A stretch of DNA of 64,000 nt from positions 10,592,001 through 10,656,000 of the forward strand of contig CP068257.2 of NCBI GenBank assembly GCA_009914755.4. The letters are read 5' to 3'. This DNA comes from the human T2T-CHM13v2.0 reference genome, Homo sapiens. A model generated the notes under the pieces. It did not search any database. It was not told the origin of the DNA and was given only the letters and a program-made list of their open reading frames with translations. Both the position numbers and the translations under genes were made by a program. Every line of letters begins with the position of its first letter. Positions within the stretch are counted from its first letter, which is position 1. Shown here one piece after another: positions 29,160 to 43,548 of this stretch.

Positions 29160-31465
29160 TCACTGTTTACCTTTTTATTATTTTCCAATTTTAAATCATT
29201 TGAATGTATAACTTGTCTAAAAATCAAATTTTAAAAGTTGAGGGAATTAACATTACAGAAAGTAACAAACCTCAAGGAAGCAGCCACCTTCACCAGATGG
29301 ACAGTCTACCTCACTCTTCCCACGCTCCAGTAGTTACTGAATGCCAGTCCCCTCCCTCCATTCAGTCTGCCCCACCTGCTGGCCTTCTAGAGCCTCAGTG
29401 CAGTCCTATTCCTACACCTCCAAACACATCCATACACTGTGATGGTCGATCTGCGACCACCAGTTGAGAGGAAATGTGTTGTGTTTCCACACTTCAGACA
29501 AACAGAGTGTTATTTTATTGAGGTTTGGGATTTTTTTCTTGCATTAACAGGGTTTCTAGATCCCAGTAGGTGAATGAGAAAGAAGTATGCTTTTATTGCG
29601 TAAGGAATTTGTTTCTGATACACCAAAGTGATAATGTATGACTTTTCTTAAAGAAGTGGTTATTAGAAGAGTTAAAAATCAATAGAAACAAAAAGTCATA
29701 GGTATTGTTCCAATACTCCAGGAACATCACAATTTGGATTCTGTAGATGTGTGTAATATAATGTGTAATATTACATTCTGACAACCTCAAGTTGAAAACT
29801 GCACAGCTGAAGATCACTTATAGTCAATAACACTTTTCAAACTTTAATTTTAAATTCATCAAGTCTCTCCCTAATGTAACATACTTTTTAATAAAGGAAA
29901 CTGTCAGAGATGCTATAATACAGAGGAAAACGTTTATATACTCTTTCATTATAATTTTTCCACAACTTCCAAAATGAAGAAAAAGACATGGAAACATTAA
30001 GTTCAGAGAATAATTGTGGCAGACAATTCCCTCCTCCTGAAAGTTCAGTTACCCCAACACAGGCATAATTTCTTACTGTCTCAAAAGGAACTGAATTCAC
30101 ATATAAAGACAAACGTGGGATTTTGTTGAGTTCTGTTGGACACAGAACACAATTGCTCAAGCACTGGTTGGGCACTTGTATTCTAATAGCTCACGGTTAC
30201 TGAGCACTCCATGTCTGGGAAGAGCCAGTGCTGGGTGCCTGGCATGCATCCTTGCACCTCATCAGCACAACTATCCTATGGGCTCATCCTGGTTCACCTA
30301 TTTTATAAATGAGAACACTAACATCAGAGAAGTTAAAAAATTTGCCTAAAAACATCCAGAGTAGGTTTCATCGTTGCCCACTACTTTATAATGCTTTCCC
30401 AAGGGTACTGAGACGTTATCAAAACATGTTAGTGAAACAGTCTAAAACATCACAAATTTTAGGTTTAATACAAAATACCCAGAAAATGGCAGCATTATTA
30501 GAAATCTCAGCATAATGTAATAATAAGAACTTATGATGATTGTATTCTTTTCCTATTTTTTCTCCCGTACAGGCATATGAAAAACCATAAAACTTATTTT
30601 AGGGGTGTGTGTGTCCATGTAGTTTCAGGATAATATAGTAATCTAAAACATTTTTAATATGGCAAAGTGTGGCAATACTAAATTTTTAAAAAGGATTTTT
30701 ATTTAGCAAACAGAAAGCAAAAATGTTGTCCAAGAAACATGCATTTATTTTATCCCTAGGAATGTACCTTTCCTTCTGCAAAGGATGTGAGATCCTGGCA
30801 TGCAAATGAACATGAGGATACAGTATATTCAATTCCTTAAATTCTAAAATTGTCTTAGCATTTAACATCCAACACACTAAACAATCTTTTTTCATATTCA
30901 ATAAAAATAAGGACAAATTCAGTAAATTCAGATGGGCTATTTTATCACGTAAATTTTAAAAAAGCAAGGGTAATTTTTCAACTGATTTTCTTTTACCCTG
31001 ATACGAGTCAATGAGAAAATATGAAATTGAAACATATCACCATTTCTCAGTGTTTACAAGTGGTAAGTCACAAGGAAAACCTTCCAAGGTCTTCTGTGTT
31101 GTTTTTAAAAGGTATTATAATCACATAATTTGGGAAACAATGTGTACTATTATCAAGAAACCTTTCATATTTTGTGAAATGAAGCACTTCCCAAATTTAA
31201 GAGACTATGGAAACCTTTTTCAGACATTTTTTAACATCCTCAGAAGTGGAAATTCTTGTTAATGCTGATCTGATCAATTCCTCCAAGTATATGGACTACT
31301 TCTTTGCAAACTCCAAGCCCCCAAATCAAATTACCTGTTCAACTGTATCTGAAAATCAGTTACATAAAAGCATCAGAAAGTGTTTCTCCCAGCAACATAG
31401 ACCCAAAACACACTACAAAACAAAAATTATCAAGAACATACAAAAGACATATTTTTTCATGTATT

Positions 31466-31812
<347 letters not shown>

Positions 31813-32212
31813 TCACTGATCTACCTGTCATAACTCTTGCACCTAATCATCTACTTATATCATAGGAGAGTGTTCCTCTTAAAATATAAATAAGATCATG
31901 GTGTTCTTCTTTTCAGGAACATTCAATGGCCTCTCATTCCATTGCTATTAAGCACAAACTACTGACACACCACCTTATGGTTGTGTGAGATATACTGAGC
32001 CGTCCTTCTTGTCCTCACATCTCTAATCTTCTCACCTTCTGACTGTCCCCTCTGCTCACTCTGTTGGTCTCCACAACACTCTTCAAACATGCTCAGCACA
32101 CTCTCACCCAGAGCCTTTACACTGGCTTCCTCACTGTCTGGGATGCTCTTCTCTCAGGTAATCAAGTGGCTCACTCACTCACCTCTTTAAAATCTGTGCA
32201 TATGGACCCTAA

Positions 32213-32529
<317 letters not shown>

Positions 32530-32734
32530 AGGCAATTCCTCTTTATCAAACTTTATATTTACCATGGGCCTTGCCAAACACATTATAATTAACTGATTTT
32601 TTTTAAGAGTTGGGTTACCTAACATTAAAATATAAACTCTATGCAGAGAATTCTACCTGCTTTGTACACTGATATGATTTCCAACATCTGACATACAGTA
32701 GGTATTCAATTAATTCTATTGTCTCAAAGCCGGC

Positions 32735-33285
32735 TGCAGTGGCGCATGCCTATAGTACCTGCTACTTGAGAGGCTGAGGCAGGAGGATCACTTGAGCCCA
32801 GGAGTTGGAAACCAGCCTGGGCAATGTAACAAGACACTGCCCCTTAAAAAAAAAAAAACTATGAAATAAAATGTAATGGAACAGAAATAATTATCGCTTC
32901 ATTTCTGAATCAGTTGAAAATAAATAACCGCCCCAAAAATGAGCAAACCTACAGTAATCCTCTTTAACTCATATTGGATTTTAGGTTACTATTAAAATAT
33001 TTTGCTATCTCAAGAATTCAGCAGGCTGAGCAGAGCAGATGGCTTGAGCCCAGGAGTTCAAGACCAGTCTTGGCAAAATGGCAAAACCCCATCTCTACAA
33101 AAAAATACAAAAATTAGCCAGGCGTGGTGGCCCGCATCCATGGTCCCAGCTACTCAGGAGGCTGAGGTAGGAGGGTCGCATGAACCCAGTAGGCAGAGGT
33201 TGTAGTAAGCCAAGATCATGCCACTGCACTCTAACCTGGGCAACAGAGCAAGACCCTGTCTCCCAACCAAAAAAAAAAAAAGAAT
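32735..33285 (+). mobile_element. Two partial Alu-derived fragments on the plus strand (32735-32868 and 33020-33285).
   Basis: ccggctgcagtggcgcatgcctatagtacctgctacttgagaggctgaggcaggagg...ccccttaaaaaaaaaaa, and ...gcccaggagttcaagaccagtcttggcaaaatggcaaaaccccatctctacaaaaaaatacaaaaattagccaggcgtggtgg...ctcccaaccaaaaaaaaaaaa. Confidence 0.8.
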
Positions 33286-33773
33286 TCAGCTGGAAAAACC
33301 TTATATTTACTTTGATTAAGAAAATGTTTTTAAACCAATACTTTATGATGCACACTGGTGAATATGAAGTTATACCTGAAGTAATATTAAATGACAGCTT
33401 TTCCATTTCTAGAATGTATGCATCAACTACCTTAACTTAAACATGGTATTATCCAAGCTCACAGTATCTGAGAAGGTTTGTGTCATTATCTAGCAAACTA
33501 AAGTCAAGCCCTCTGTAGTTCCCCACCTGTGATCTTCAAAGATATGGTGCTCCTTGAGATTTCTGTAAGGTAGGTCTGTTCTAAAATGTGTGAAAGGAAG
33601 AGAACCCGAAAAGGCAAGGTCTAAGAAGATCACTCATTTGGAGATGGCAAGGGTCACATCGGGGTTATCTAAGTCAGTGTGATTTACCCTTTGGTAAATC
33701 ATACACATATTTCAAAAGTTACTTTATATGCTGTAATTCTTGCACTAATTTCATGGAAAATAAATTAGTATTA

Positions 33774-33987
33774 CCTCGACTATCATCCATATCACCATCC
33801 CTTGAATGTTCTGATTGGATGTCTGGAGGGGTCTGAAGGACGGCCACGCTATTCTGATTTATAATCTTCAATTTCAGTTTTGGTTTTGACAGTTTTCTTC
33901 TTGGAACTGTAACTGTGAGGCTCTGTAACTGAGTCATCCCTGATTCAATCAAACACACATCATCCTGGGTATAAGTCTTGGGTGGGT
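33774..33987 (-). CDS. KMT2C: KMT2C exon-23-like (DPPKTYTQDDVCLIESGMTQLQSLTVTVPRRKLSKPKLKLKIINQNSVAVLQTPPDIQSEHSRDGDMDDSR).
   Basis: Acceptor ttttag|ACCCAC and donor GTCGAG|gtaata. It lies within ORF 33719..34015. Confidence 0.85.
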
Positions 33988-34224
33988 CTAAAATTACAAA
34001 ATCCCAAGAATACAAATTTAAACTTTCATTTTAAATTTGACTGATTACTGTTCCAAAATACCCATGTCAAGGGAATGTGACTGTAGTTCTAGAAAACAAT
34101 TATGTATCTATGAAATGCATGAATAATTAACTTCATGATACCCAATAAAAACTAGGAACAATAGGTCAAACTTCCTTGGATTATAGGCAGAAATGTTACA
34201 TGTTTTTAAAAAATGGTCTTCCTG

Positions 34225-34555
<331 letters not shown>

Positions 34556-35253
34556 TTAGAAGCACTGCAAATAAATGCAATGCTCAGCTAATCCACTATG
34601 AGCTTTTTCCTGGAAAAGATCAAAAGGCAGGGATCTATTTACACAAGAGGAGAGAGAATACTCCAGAAGCTCATCTGGAAAAATCAGAGTATCAACATAA
34701 TTACTAACAGGGAGAAGTAATAAATAAGTACAAATCCTGCAGATTTAATTTTAAACATACAAAACTGTTGTTCCTTAGAACAATTCCTGTACTATCCAAA
34801 TGTTTTTGTATCAGGTGCTATTAAATACAAGTATTCAAAAGAATGACTGTTTAATAAGAATATCATATTAATCACCATACTAGGCTTATTAATTATTTTA
34901 AAAAATTAAGAGATTGAATTAATTCTAAAAGAAATCTGCTTGCTAACTAGGCCGTATTTTCTGCTAACTGATAATTAAGCACAGTAATATATCAATGAAA
35001 CCAAAGCAAGTATGGCATTAATGGTTATTCTAAGAGCTGTTATTTTTATTGCCAACTTGCTGAAATTTATAGGAATACTGCCCCAGTAAAGCTGGATGAC
35101 ATTTTATATATCATTGTGGAAATGATTACCAACATTATGGAATTTGGATAGAACACCCATATGATTGAAGCAGATTTTAGAAGTGGTAAGCCAATTATGT
35201 AAAAATTAAGCAAAGTAAATTAATTAAATTAAGTAAAGCATTTCAAATTTTAC

Positions 35254-35309
35254 CTAGCTTTTTTACTTTTGTGACAATTTGTGCTACAAGTGAAGATCCA
35301 CAGCAGTCT
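35254..35309 (-). CDS. KMT2C: KMT2C exon-22-like (VPSSDCCGSSLVAQIVTKVKKL), 56 nt.
   Basis: Acceptor tttcag|TGCCTT and donor AGCTAG|gtaggt. Phase 1 in and phase 1 out. Confidence 0.8.
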
Positions 35310-35827
35310 GAGGAAGGCACTGAAATGAAAAAAAAAAAAATCCAGGTAATTCTTTTCAGAAAAGGTAAAGTGTATTTACATACTTATATATGATTAAAAT
35401 TTCTGTTTCTATAGTCATTTTATTAAAATAAATGTTTGAACACTAAAGTTAAAAGCACTTTTTAAAGCAACAACAAAACAAGAAGTGATGAAGGAAATAC
35501 TCAAGTCATGGAGGAAAACCTGGCTAAGAAAGAATCAACACATTGGATTTTGACATATTGTCAATAACTACAAGATCATGTTCCTTGGAAGCAAAATTAT
35601 AGTTTACATCTAAAGTATATGCTTTTTATTGTTTCATGTAAATTGTTTTATAACAAGTTGTGATAAGTCATGTATAACCAACAATAATATTTTTCATAAA
35701 ATACTTGTCAAAGTAAGTTTCACAAAGACAAAATAGAGTAGAGCTAAGCTAATTCATTGGTTATGGACAGTAAGGTGCAAGAGAGTGGTACAAGAGTGCA
35801 GACTCACAGTTTAAATTATTCTGTTAC

Positions 35828-35937
35828 CATTAGATGCAGGCATATAGGGTCTGCACATGTTACAATCAAAACCAATGTCTGCTACATTTTCCACTTCTTC
35901 CTCAGTATTTAAGTTCTGACGAACTGCATGCATCCAT
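35828..35937 (-). CDS. KMT2C: KMT2C exon-21-like (WMHAVRQNLNTEEEVENVADIGFDCNMCRPYMPASN). The Cys expected in the H-x2-C motif is Arg (CGT at 35919-35921).
   Basis: Acceptor ttttag|ATGGAT and donor CTAATG|gtaaca. Phase is consistent with the neighbouring exons. Confidence 0.8.
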
Positions 35938-36759
35938 CTAAAAAGACCATATTTGTACATTTTTTTTTAAAAATGGAATATACTGAGAACTGCTACCTTT
36001 TAAAACCTGTAACACTGAGTCTTCAAACTTAAAAGCCCTAAGCCTCACATGCTCCTCCTACCTTGCCCTTTTCTCCTAACTATCCCTAGTAACAGAAAAA
36101 CTTTCATAGAGCTAAGGAGGAAATAAAAAGGAATGAGAACAACTATTAGAGAGGAAGCAAAGCACATTACATAAGGAAGCTAATTATTTTATCATCATAT
36201 ATTAAATATTTCAAAGACAGCAAGGAAGCTAGTTAGGGCAAACACAAAGGTATTCAGAAAACTGCAAATGGCAGTGCTAGCATATATGGGCTCCAGGCAA
36301 TGCATCTCACTTGAAGTAGACATATCTCATGGAAAGCGATGTTGAATGGTAATTGGGAAATAAAGTAAAAAGTTGTCTTGCAATGGAACAGATAATTAGT
36401 AGCCAGAGTCCCAAGAATACTGTACTACTGATAAAATAATACTATCAATATATGTTCACTGCTTAACTTCTAAAGAGTACAACAATATACCAATGAAAGC
36501 AAGGAAACATTCTTGATTTTGAAATTCCACATAATTACGTAGGGAGGGCAGAAGGTGCTATCTAATACCTAGATATCTAGTATCTAGAGCTTTAAGAGAA
36601 AGTGGTTTAAGGAGAACAGAAAGTGTTAGATATTTTTATAATCAATTAAAAGATTCAGAAACCCTTCATAAGAAACGGCATAGATGAAGGCAATAATTCT
36701 CCATCTAATTTCAAGGGATTCCTAAACCCTCAAAAAGGCCTAAATTAAAAATCTTTAGT

Positions 36760-37086
<327 letters not shown>

Positions 37087-37273
37087 TTAGTCTGGAGTTG
37101 AGAATTCAAAACAGGAAATCAATTCTGTAAGATTCTAGGTGACTAAAAATCTACAAGGCAAAAAGTTCTGTACCTAAAACTTGTGATTAAGGAAAAGCTA
37201 TTTTCCTTTTTTTTTTTTTTTTGCTACATTTCAAAGAGAAAAGCTTTAAAAAGATGAAAAAACAGCACAATAC

Positions 37274-37438
37274 CTATCACATTGTCTACATTGCAGAATA
37301 AGATCTTCTTCTCTATAGTTTCAATAGCAGACTGGACAGGAAGATAAGCTTGCACAAGGAGCGCACTGTGTGTAATTGTTCTGCCATTCACATCTTAGAC
37401 CTGCAGATGTTGCTCCACAGTGTCTGCACCAAACACAC
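37274..37438 (-). CDS. KMT2C: KMT2C exon-20-like PHD exon (CVWCRHCGATSAGLRCEWQNNYTQCAPCASLSSCPVCY*NYREEDLILQCRQCDR) with an in-frame TGA at 37321-37323.
   Basis: Acceptor tttcag|GTGTGT and donor GTGATAG|gtattg. The Cys spacing is conserved on both sides of the stop, so the stop lies inside the exon and in frame. Confidence 0.85.
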
Positions 37439-37707
37439 CTGAAATCCAAATCCCCCCGAAAAGTCTCCATTTTATTTTCTTAGTTATTCAGTAACTGTAA
37501 TTCAGGAAGCTACATACGAACATAATGGGGCAAATGATTTAATGTGTATGTGAAAATTTTTCTGCTTAGTGGTATGTATCATAGAATATGTGTATTATTC
37601 AATTAAATAGGTATGGCTAATTTTTAAAAACTAAAGTGGTATGAGAAAGCTCTGAACTTGAAAGACTAACAAGGCAAACAAACCCTAGAGAACCATTTGC
37701 ACTTCAC

Positions 37708-37880
37708 TTCCAGCCTCCTTTGGGAACTGTCTGCAATGGAGGGTCTAGGCAGTAGGTGTGATAACTTATGTCACAATCATCACACAGCAGGAGTCTTCCT
37801 GGGTCAGTTGCCTTCCCACAGGCCTCACAAACAGTGCACTCAAGACACCTCCAACCTTTGCTAAGAACCACTTTAGTGAT
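37708..37880 (-). CDS. KMT2C: KMT2C exon-19-like PHD-finger exon (ITKVVLSKGWRCLECTVCEACGKATDPGRLLLCDDCDISYHTYCLDPPLQTVPKGGWK). The 3' boundary is ambiguous: either 37708 (donor GTGAAG) or about 37696.
   Basis: Acceptor tttacag|ATCACT. It shows the Cys4-His-Cys3 PHD spacing. ORF 37704..37904 terminates at a TGA created by a direct AAGTG/AAGTG repeat (see finding). Confidence 0.8.
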
Positions 37881-39481
37881 CTGTAAAAGAAACAACCAAT
37901 CCATGTGATTTATGCATTAACCTAACATAATCAAATATACTATATAAATTAATATGGTGCTTATGTACCTAGAAGCAGAAAGGGGCAATCAACTAACATT
38001 TATTGAGCACCTACGGAGGCCCAATACTGGGTTGGGCATGTTCATACATGCTTTTAGGAGCCTACTGAGCAGAGTAATAGACAATGGCACATATTTTAAT
38101 GCCTTTTTAAAGTCCACATAATTACCTTATGCTGTACATTTAATGTCCACTATATTTATAGATATAGTGACCAGATTTTAAAGAAATCAAGTAAGCTTCA
38201 CTATTATTGATACATAATTGAAAATACATCAACAAAATCTCCATCTACATTTCCATGCTTAGAATCAATAGAAAAAATACCAAAAAAATTAATGTAAAGC
38301 ATGAGTTCTTAGGGACATTTTATGATCTTAGAGGATTTCTATTTAGACTATGAAGCTAGGAATTCTGAAGTTCACATTCACCCCTCTGTTTATTCTCCCC
38401 TCTCTCAAGGGTATAAGTTAGCAGAATATTTGGGAATCTCCAAATCCCTAACAAACAACTGAAGGAAGCCACACCATGTAATATTAAGATTGCGGAACTT
38501 CTTAAAGATCTCAAAAGACTAGGATCCTCAGACAGAACCAATCAAGTGCCCACATTATAATGAAACAGCAAGTAATGAGGGTACAGAATAAAAATTCAGA
38601 TCATGAGGTACATGAAAGCCTAAAAGCTACCAGAGAAGAAAATAAAAGAGTTAAATTCAAAGGAACACCCATCAGAATGGCACAAAACTTCCCAACTCCA
38701 GATGCTAGAAGAGTATAAGTTTCCAATTCTACAGGAAAATACTTTTCAAAGTACAATTCTCAACCTAGCTACACAAGCAACTATGTGTGAAGACAGAATA
38801 CGTTGTAGACACAGGAAGATTCAAAATTCAGCTCCTTCATTCTCCTTCTAATAAAGTTACTTAGAGATATGCGGAACAGAATGAAGATGTATTACAAAGA
38901 AAAGGAAGACTTGGGATCTATAAATCAACAGATCCAACAAAGGACATCAGGCCAGGGAAGTTTAAGGATGAGAACAACACACCCAGAAGCCACTGGCACA
39001 TATCAGAGCAGGAGAAGGGAATGTCTAGAAGGAGGGTAGGACTTCTCCCAGAAAAAAACAGTACTTTAAAAAATAATCTTATATGATAGTTCTATAGTAG
39101 GCAAACACAAAGAACGAATGGAGAGTCACTATTACTTTCTTGTTATTAAAAACTCCATGAAAGACAAAAGAAACTCATAGTATACTGTTTAGATCTGCAG
39201 TGAACATTTACTGAGTCATAACCAACACCTTATTAATTGAACTAAACATAGTAATACAACTATATTGGGAGAAGGAAGGAGGTGTATTTTAAGACCTAAA
39301 TCAGAATTTATTTATTCATAGCAGAAAGTCAACAAAATCTAGCATTGATAAAGCAGTAAACCAGTTGATTATTTAGAGCTATAGCATTAACCACAAGAAA
39401 AAAGACCTGAAAAGATTAAAAGTGATTGCCTCAGATGTGGAGGTAGAGTAAGACAAGAGTTGGTTGTTCATTACAAGGCCT

Positions 39482-39779
39482 TTTTTTTTTTTTTTTTTGA
39501 GATGGAATCTTGCTCTGTTGCCTGGGCTGGAGTGCAGTGGTGTGATCTCAGCTCACTGCAACCTCCGGCTCCCATGTTCAAATAATTCTCCTGGCTCAGC
39601 CTCCTGAGTAGCTAGGACTAGAGGAATGAGCCACCACACTCGGCTAATTTTTGTATTTTTAGTAGAGATGGGGTTTTACTGTGTTGGCCAGGCTGGCTTG
39701 AACTCCTGCCCTCAAGTGATCCACCCGCCTCGGCCTCCCAAAGTGCTGGGATGACAGGTGTGAGGCACCACACCCGGCC
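39482..39779 (-). mobile_element. Alu element on the minus strand. Target-site duplication is cattacaaggc.
   Basis: tttttttttttttttttgagatggaatcttgctctgttgcctgggctggagtgcagtgg...gtgaggcaccacacccggcc, flanked by cattacaaggcc on both sides. Confidence 0.9.
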
Positions 39780-42700
39780 CATTACAAGGCTTTTAATGTC
39801 ATTTGATTTTTAAACATGTATATTCATTATTTTGATTAGCTTATTGATTTTTAAGAATTTGTCTTAGATTACCAAGTTAGTATATTATTTGCCCAAATGA
39901 AGGAAATGGCCTGGGGTAAGATCAGGGTGGCTTAGAGCAGTAGCCAGCAAATATTTTCAATAAAGGACCAGAGAGTAAACAGAAAGTTTTGAGGGCCATA
40001 TGATCTGTTGCAACTTTATAAAAACTCTGCCAGTGTATTGCAAAAAGCGCTACAAATATATGTAAACAAAGAACATGGCCATATTTCAATAAAAGTTTAT
40101 TTGCAAACACAGGAAATGGGCCAGATTTAGTCTATGGGCCAGTCTGCCTGACCCTGGCTTAAACAATGACCTGAAGACAAAGTGGCAGACAGATCTGAGG
40201 TGTTTAGTGGTAGAATTTTTAAAATATTTATCTTCATTCCTACTAAGTTTTCTTCACAGATACCTGTGGTCCCTTTTACAACCAAACTCTCAAGTTTCTC
40301 CACTTATATTCACTCTTCAAAACACTACAGTCTGGTCTCTACACCCACATCCACTCATAACTGCTTAAGCCAGGCTTGTCAAGACCTTCTTATTCTCAAA
40401 TCTAATGGAAACATTAGTGTTAGTGTTTCTTGACTTCTGGTACTTCAACGCTTCAACAATTTCTCCCTCTTTGAAATTTCCTTTTAACTTAGGTACTGGG
40501 GTTGTACTATCATTTTTTTCTTCCATTGAACCAGTTTAGCCTTAGTTTTAAAAGTTTTTTCAAATAAGATGTCATCCAGGATTCCATCCATGGTACCATG
40601 TCCAAAGTTGTTACAGATATGTTTTATAATCTAATACTGATACATGCTTCAATGATAATGGAGTAGATGGGACCAGCCTGTTCTCCCATAAGATAGTAGA
40701 AAATTGGACAAAGTGTATGAAACAACTGTTTTCAGATATTGGACAACACATAGTAAAGGAGACAGTGGTCTCTGAGAGGAAGGAAACACTCAGGGAGTCC
40801 TATGATATTCTGCCTAGAAACATTTTCCAGAACGCTGCCCAGGGAGGGAGAACCTCAGCAGAGTAAAATCAATGGCCTCGCTGAGGTTAGGGAAGGCGAG
40901 GCAGTGGAATTTGCAGGACACAGTACTCAAAATGAAGAAGCAATAAGGACTAAGAGCTCCAGAAACCTACAAAGGATCCCCTGAAGTCTTTGGTGGAACA
41001 CCAAGCCGTACTTCTAGAAGCCCAAAGACCCACAACCAGGGGAAAGTACATCTACTGGGAATTTGTAAGCTGCACAATTACCAGAGCTTGCAAAAGGCTC
41101 AAAGACAAGTGAAGCACAACCAGTCAGAGTACAAAGACACTGGTGAACAGGGGGTAGAATTCAGTAGTGATCCCAGAAAGGCCAAGTCTTAAGTATAGGG
41201 TTAAACTAATGCTAGGACTGCAGCTACCAAAATGTGGACTAGGGAACCCCAGTGGGTCTGTAAAGTTAAAACAAATTTAAATAATACTAAGATTTAATTT
41301 GCCTTTTTTCACTTTAATTTATTCACAATGATACAGTGGTGTTTATAGAAGCTACATGTTGTATCATAATATTACATTGACATTGTACAGGTTGTGCTTC
41401 TGTAGTCTTGTGTTACAAAATGTTCCTAGTTTTAATTTCTAAAATGCTGAATAGTCCATAGTTAAAATCCTCATGAACAAAAACTATGGCGTCCCCAGTA
41501 ATTTTAAAGAGTGTTAAGGTTCTAAAACCATAAAGTTTGAAAATATCCACCTTAGAGTGAAGGCTTTCTAGACTTGCCCCAGCAAGCTTAAAAAGAAGCT
41601 TCAAAGGTATCAAACTTATCCACAAACAATTGCCTCCTGCAATAAAAATGCAAGCTGAGCCAATTCACATATCCCTAGTATATTTCTAGATATTGCTGTA
41701 TTTCTCAATGAGACTGCAGTATTCTATACTGTCCAAAACAGTGTCGTGTAAAAGGAACCACACATAATTTTTAAAAACAGGAATAACTAGGTGTCTGATA
41801 GTGCACTAATTGTCCAATCTTAACTTATGTAAGTCGTACTCATCTGTAAAATGGGAATTCGGTAATTGTTGGATGGGTTAAAAGAAATACATTACTACCT
41901 TGAAAGGGATCTTATTCAATTTCGTTAGGTCCAAAACATTAAGTATTCTAAAAAACAAAATCTAATGATAGCAGCTACTTTTATACAGAATATAAAGTAC
42001 AAAGAAGAAAAGAAACATGTTTTATGCATATATAACTCCATTTTTAATTGGCTTTATATACTCTGTGTTTTTCAGTCACATACCATGAGCAACTAATTTT
42101 AAAAAACTACATAAATTAACCGTACTAGTCTTCTATTTTGGATAGTATTAATTACAATCTTTCATTTTGATTCCTAAATTCACAAAAACCTGTATTACCC
42201 TATAAAATAAATACTAGTGTAGTTATCAACAAAGAAGTCTGAAGGAGATAATGTTGATTTGCTTACTATACTGACATTTTACTGACAATGATATAACACA
42301 GTGATGTCTGAAGGGCAGGGGAGAATGGTATAAAAATCACTCATGGTTCACAACCTATTATTGAAACTGAGGTTAGTATTTATATTACATGGTATGGCAA
42401 TACTAGAAAAGATTTCCTTGTGGAGTATACAGTTTAAGACCTCTGCTGTACAGCTATACCTCCATGCTTGCTTCCAGTGGCCATGACACTTTATTCAAAT
42501 ATGTAAGTTTTATTAAGACTGAGTTCTTAAAAAGAAAAAACCAAGAACCTTAGATACAACTAGTGAAGTATTGAGACCTGTCCATATTTAAAACCAAGCA
42601 CACGATACCACTTAAAAGGTTCCCCAGAAAGCCTCTATCCTGAAATGCTTGAAAGTGAGCAGTGCTGACTCTCGATTATTACCAATTGCATTAAATATGA

Positions 42701-43149
42701 CACTTGTTTTGTTTCTTTTGGCTATAAGGAGAAAATGTCATTTTGTATATGAGTGAGCACAGAGGAGAGAGAATGCGGTAAAGAACAGAATAGGCTAATA
42801 ATTTTTTACTAAATACTCCAGTTCTCAGCTTTTTAAATCAACAGACAAAATGAATCAGCTAAACCTAAAATCTTTGTGAATAGTATAAATTGTCTTTTAA
42901 ATTAAATGCATATATTTTTATGTTTTACTTTTTCAAGACAAAAGCAGGATATTAGTACAATATAAGATTTATAGAGGAGCAAATTTCTTGAGATAGGAAA
43001 CCCTTAAAAGCAGTATTTAAAGTGCTTAAATACTGTCACATATGTTTAATAATCATAATACTTAATTGTGAGAACTGGGAGCTCATGTTACTACTAAAAC
43101 CAAATAAAAATTCAGTACATATTTGTTAACTCAATTTAAGGATGTTTAC

Positions 43150-43254
43150 CTTAATACTGACACAGTATGGATGGTAACACTGACCACACTGAGAACAGGC
43201 AAGTAGTCTTCCTTCTGCTCCTTGGCCAAAACTGCCACAAACTACACACATATC
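43150..43254 (-). CDS. KMT2C: KMT2C exon-18-like (DMCVVCGSFGQGAEGRLLACSQCGQCYHPYCVSIK), the start of a PHD finger, 35 codons. Only a 192-bp intron separates it from the previous exon.
   Basis: Acceptor cttcag|GATATG and donor ATTAAG|gtaaac. Contains the HPYC motif, which I place at Y987/C988. Confidence 0.85.
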
Positions 43255-43446
43255 CTGAAGTTAAGAAAACAGAACATATTTTAAATGGAGACTAAGCTAA
43301 AAACCTACAAATTTTACTTTAAAAATACCTTCTTAACTAATATAGCTCTATAGCTAAATATTGGATCACTTCTGTGTAGATGAGATAAAGCAGAAATGTG
43401 CAAGGAGGAATTCAATGAGGAAGACAGTAAATTGTCAAGTTCAAAC

Positions 43447-43548
43447 CTGATTCAAAGTGAACTTGTCACTGCTAGAAAACAACACAACCGTAGTGTGCAT
43501 AGAGTTTTCTTCATCATCCTTATTTGATGAAATATCTGCAGTAGACAC
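43447..43548 (-). CDS. KMT2C: KMT2C exon-17-like (VSTADISSNKDDEENSMHTTVVLFSSSDKFTLNQ), 34 codons.
   Basis: Acceptor ttttatag|GTGTCT and donor AATCAG|gtttga. Phase 0 at both ends. Confidence 0.85.
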
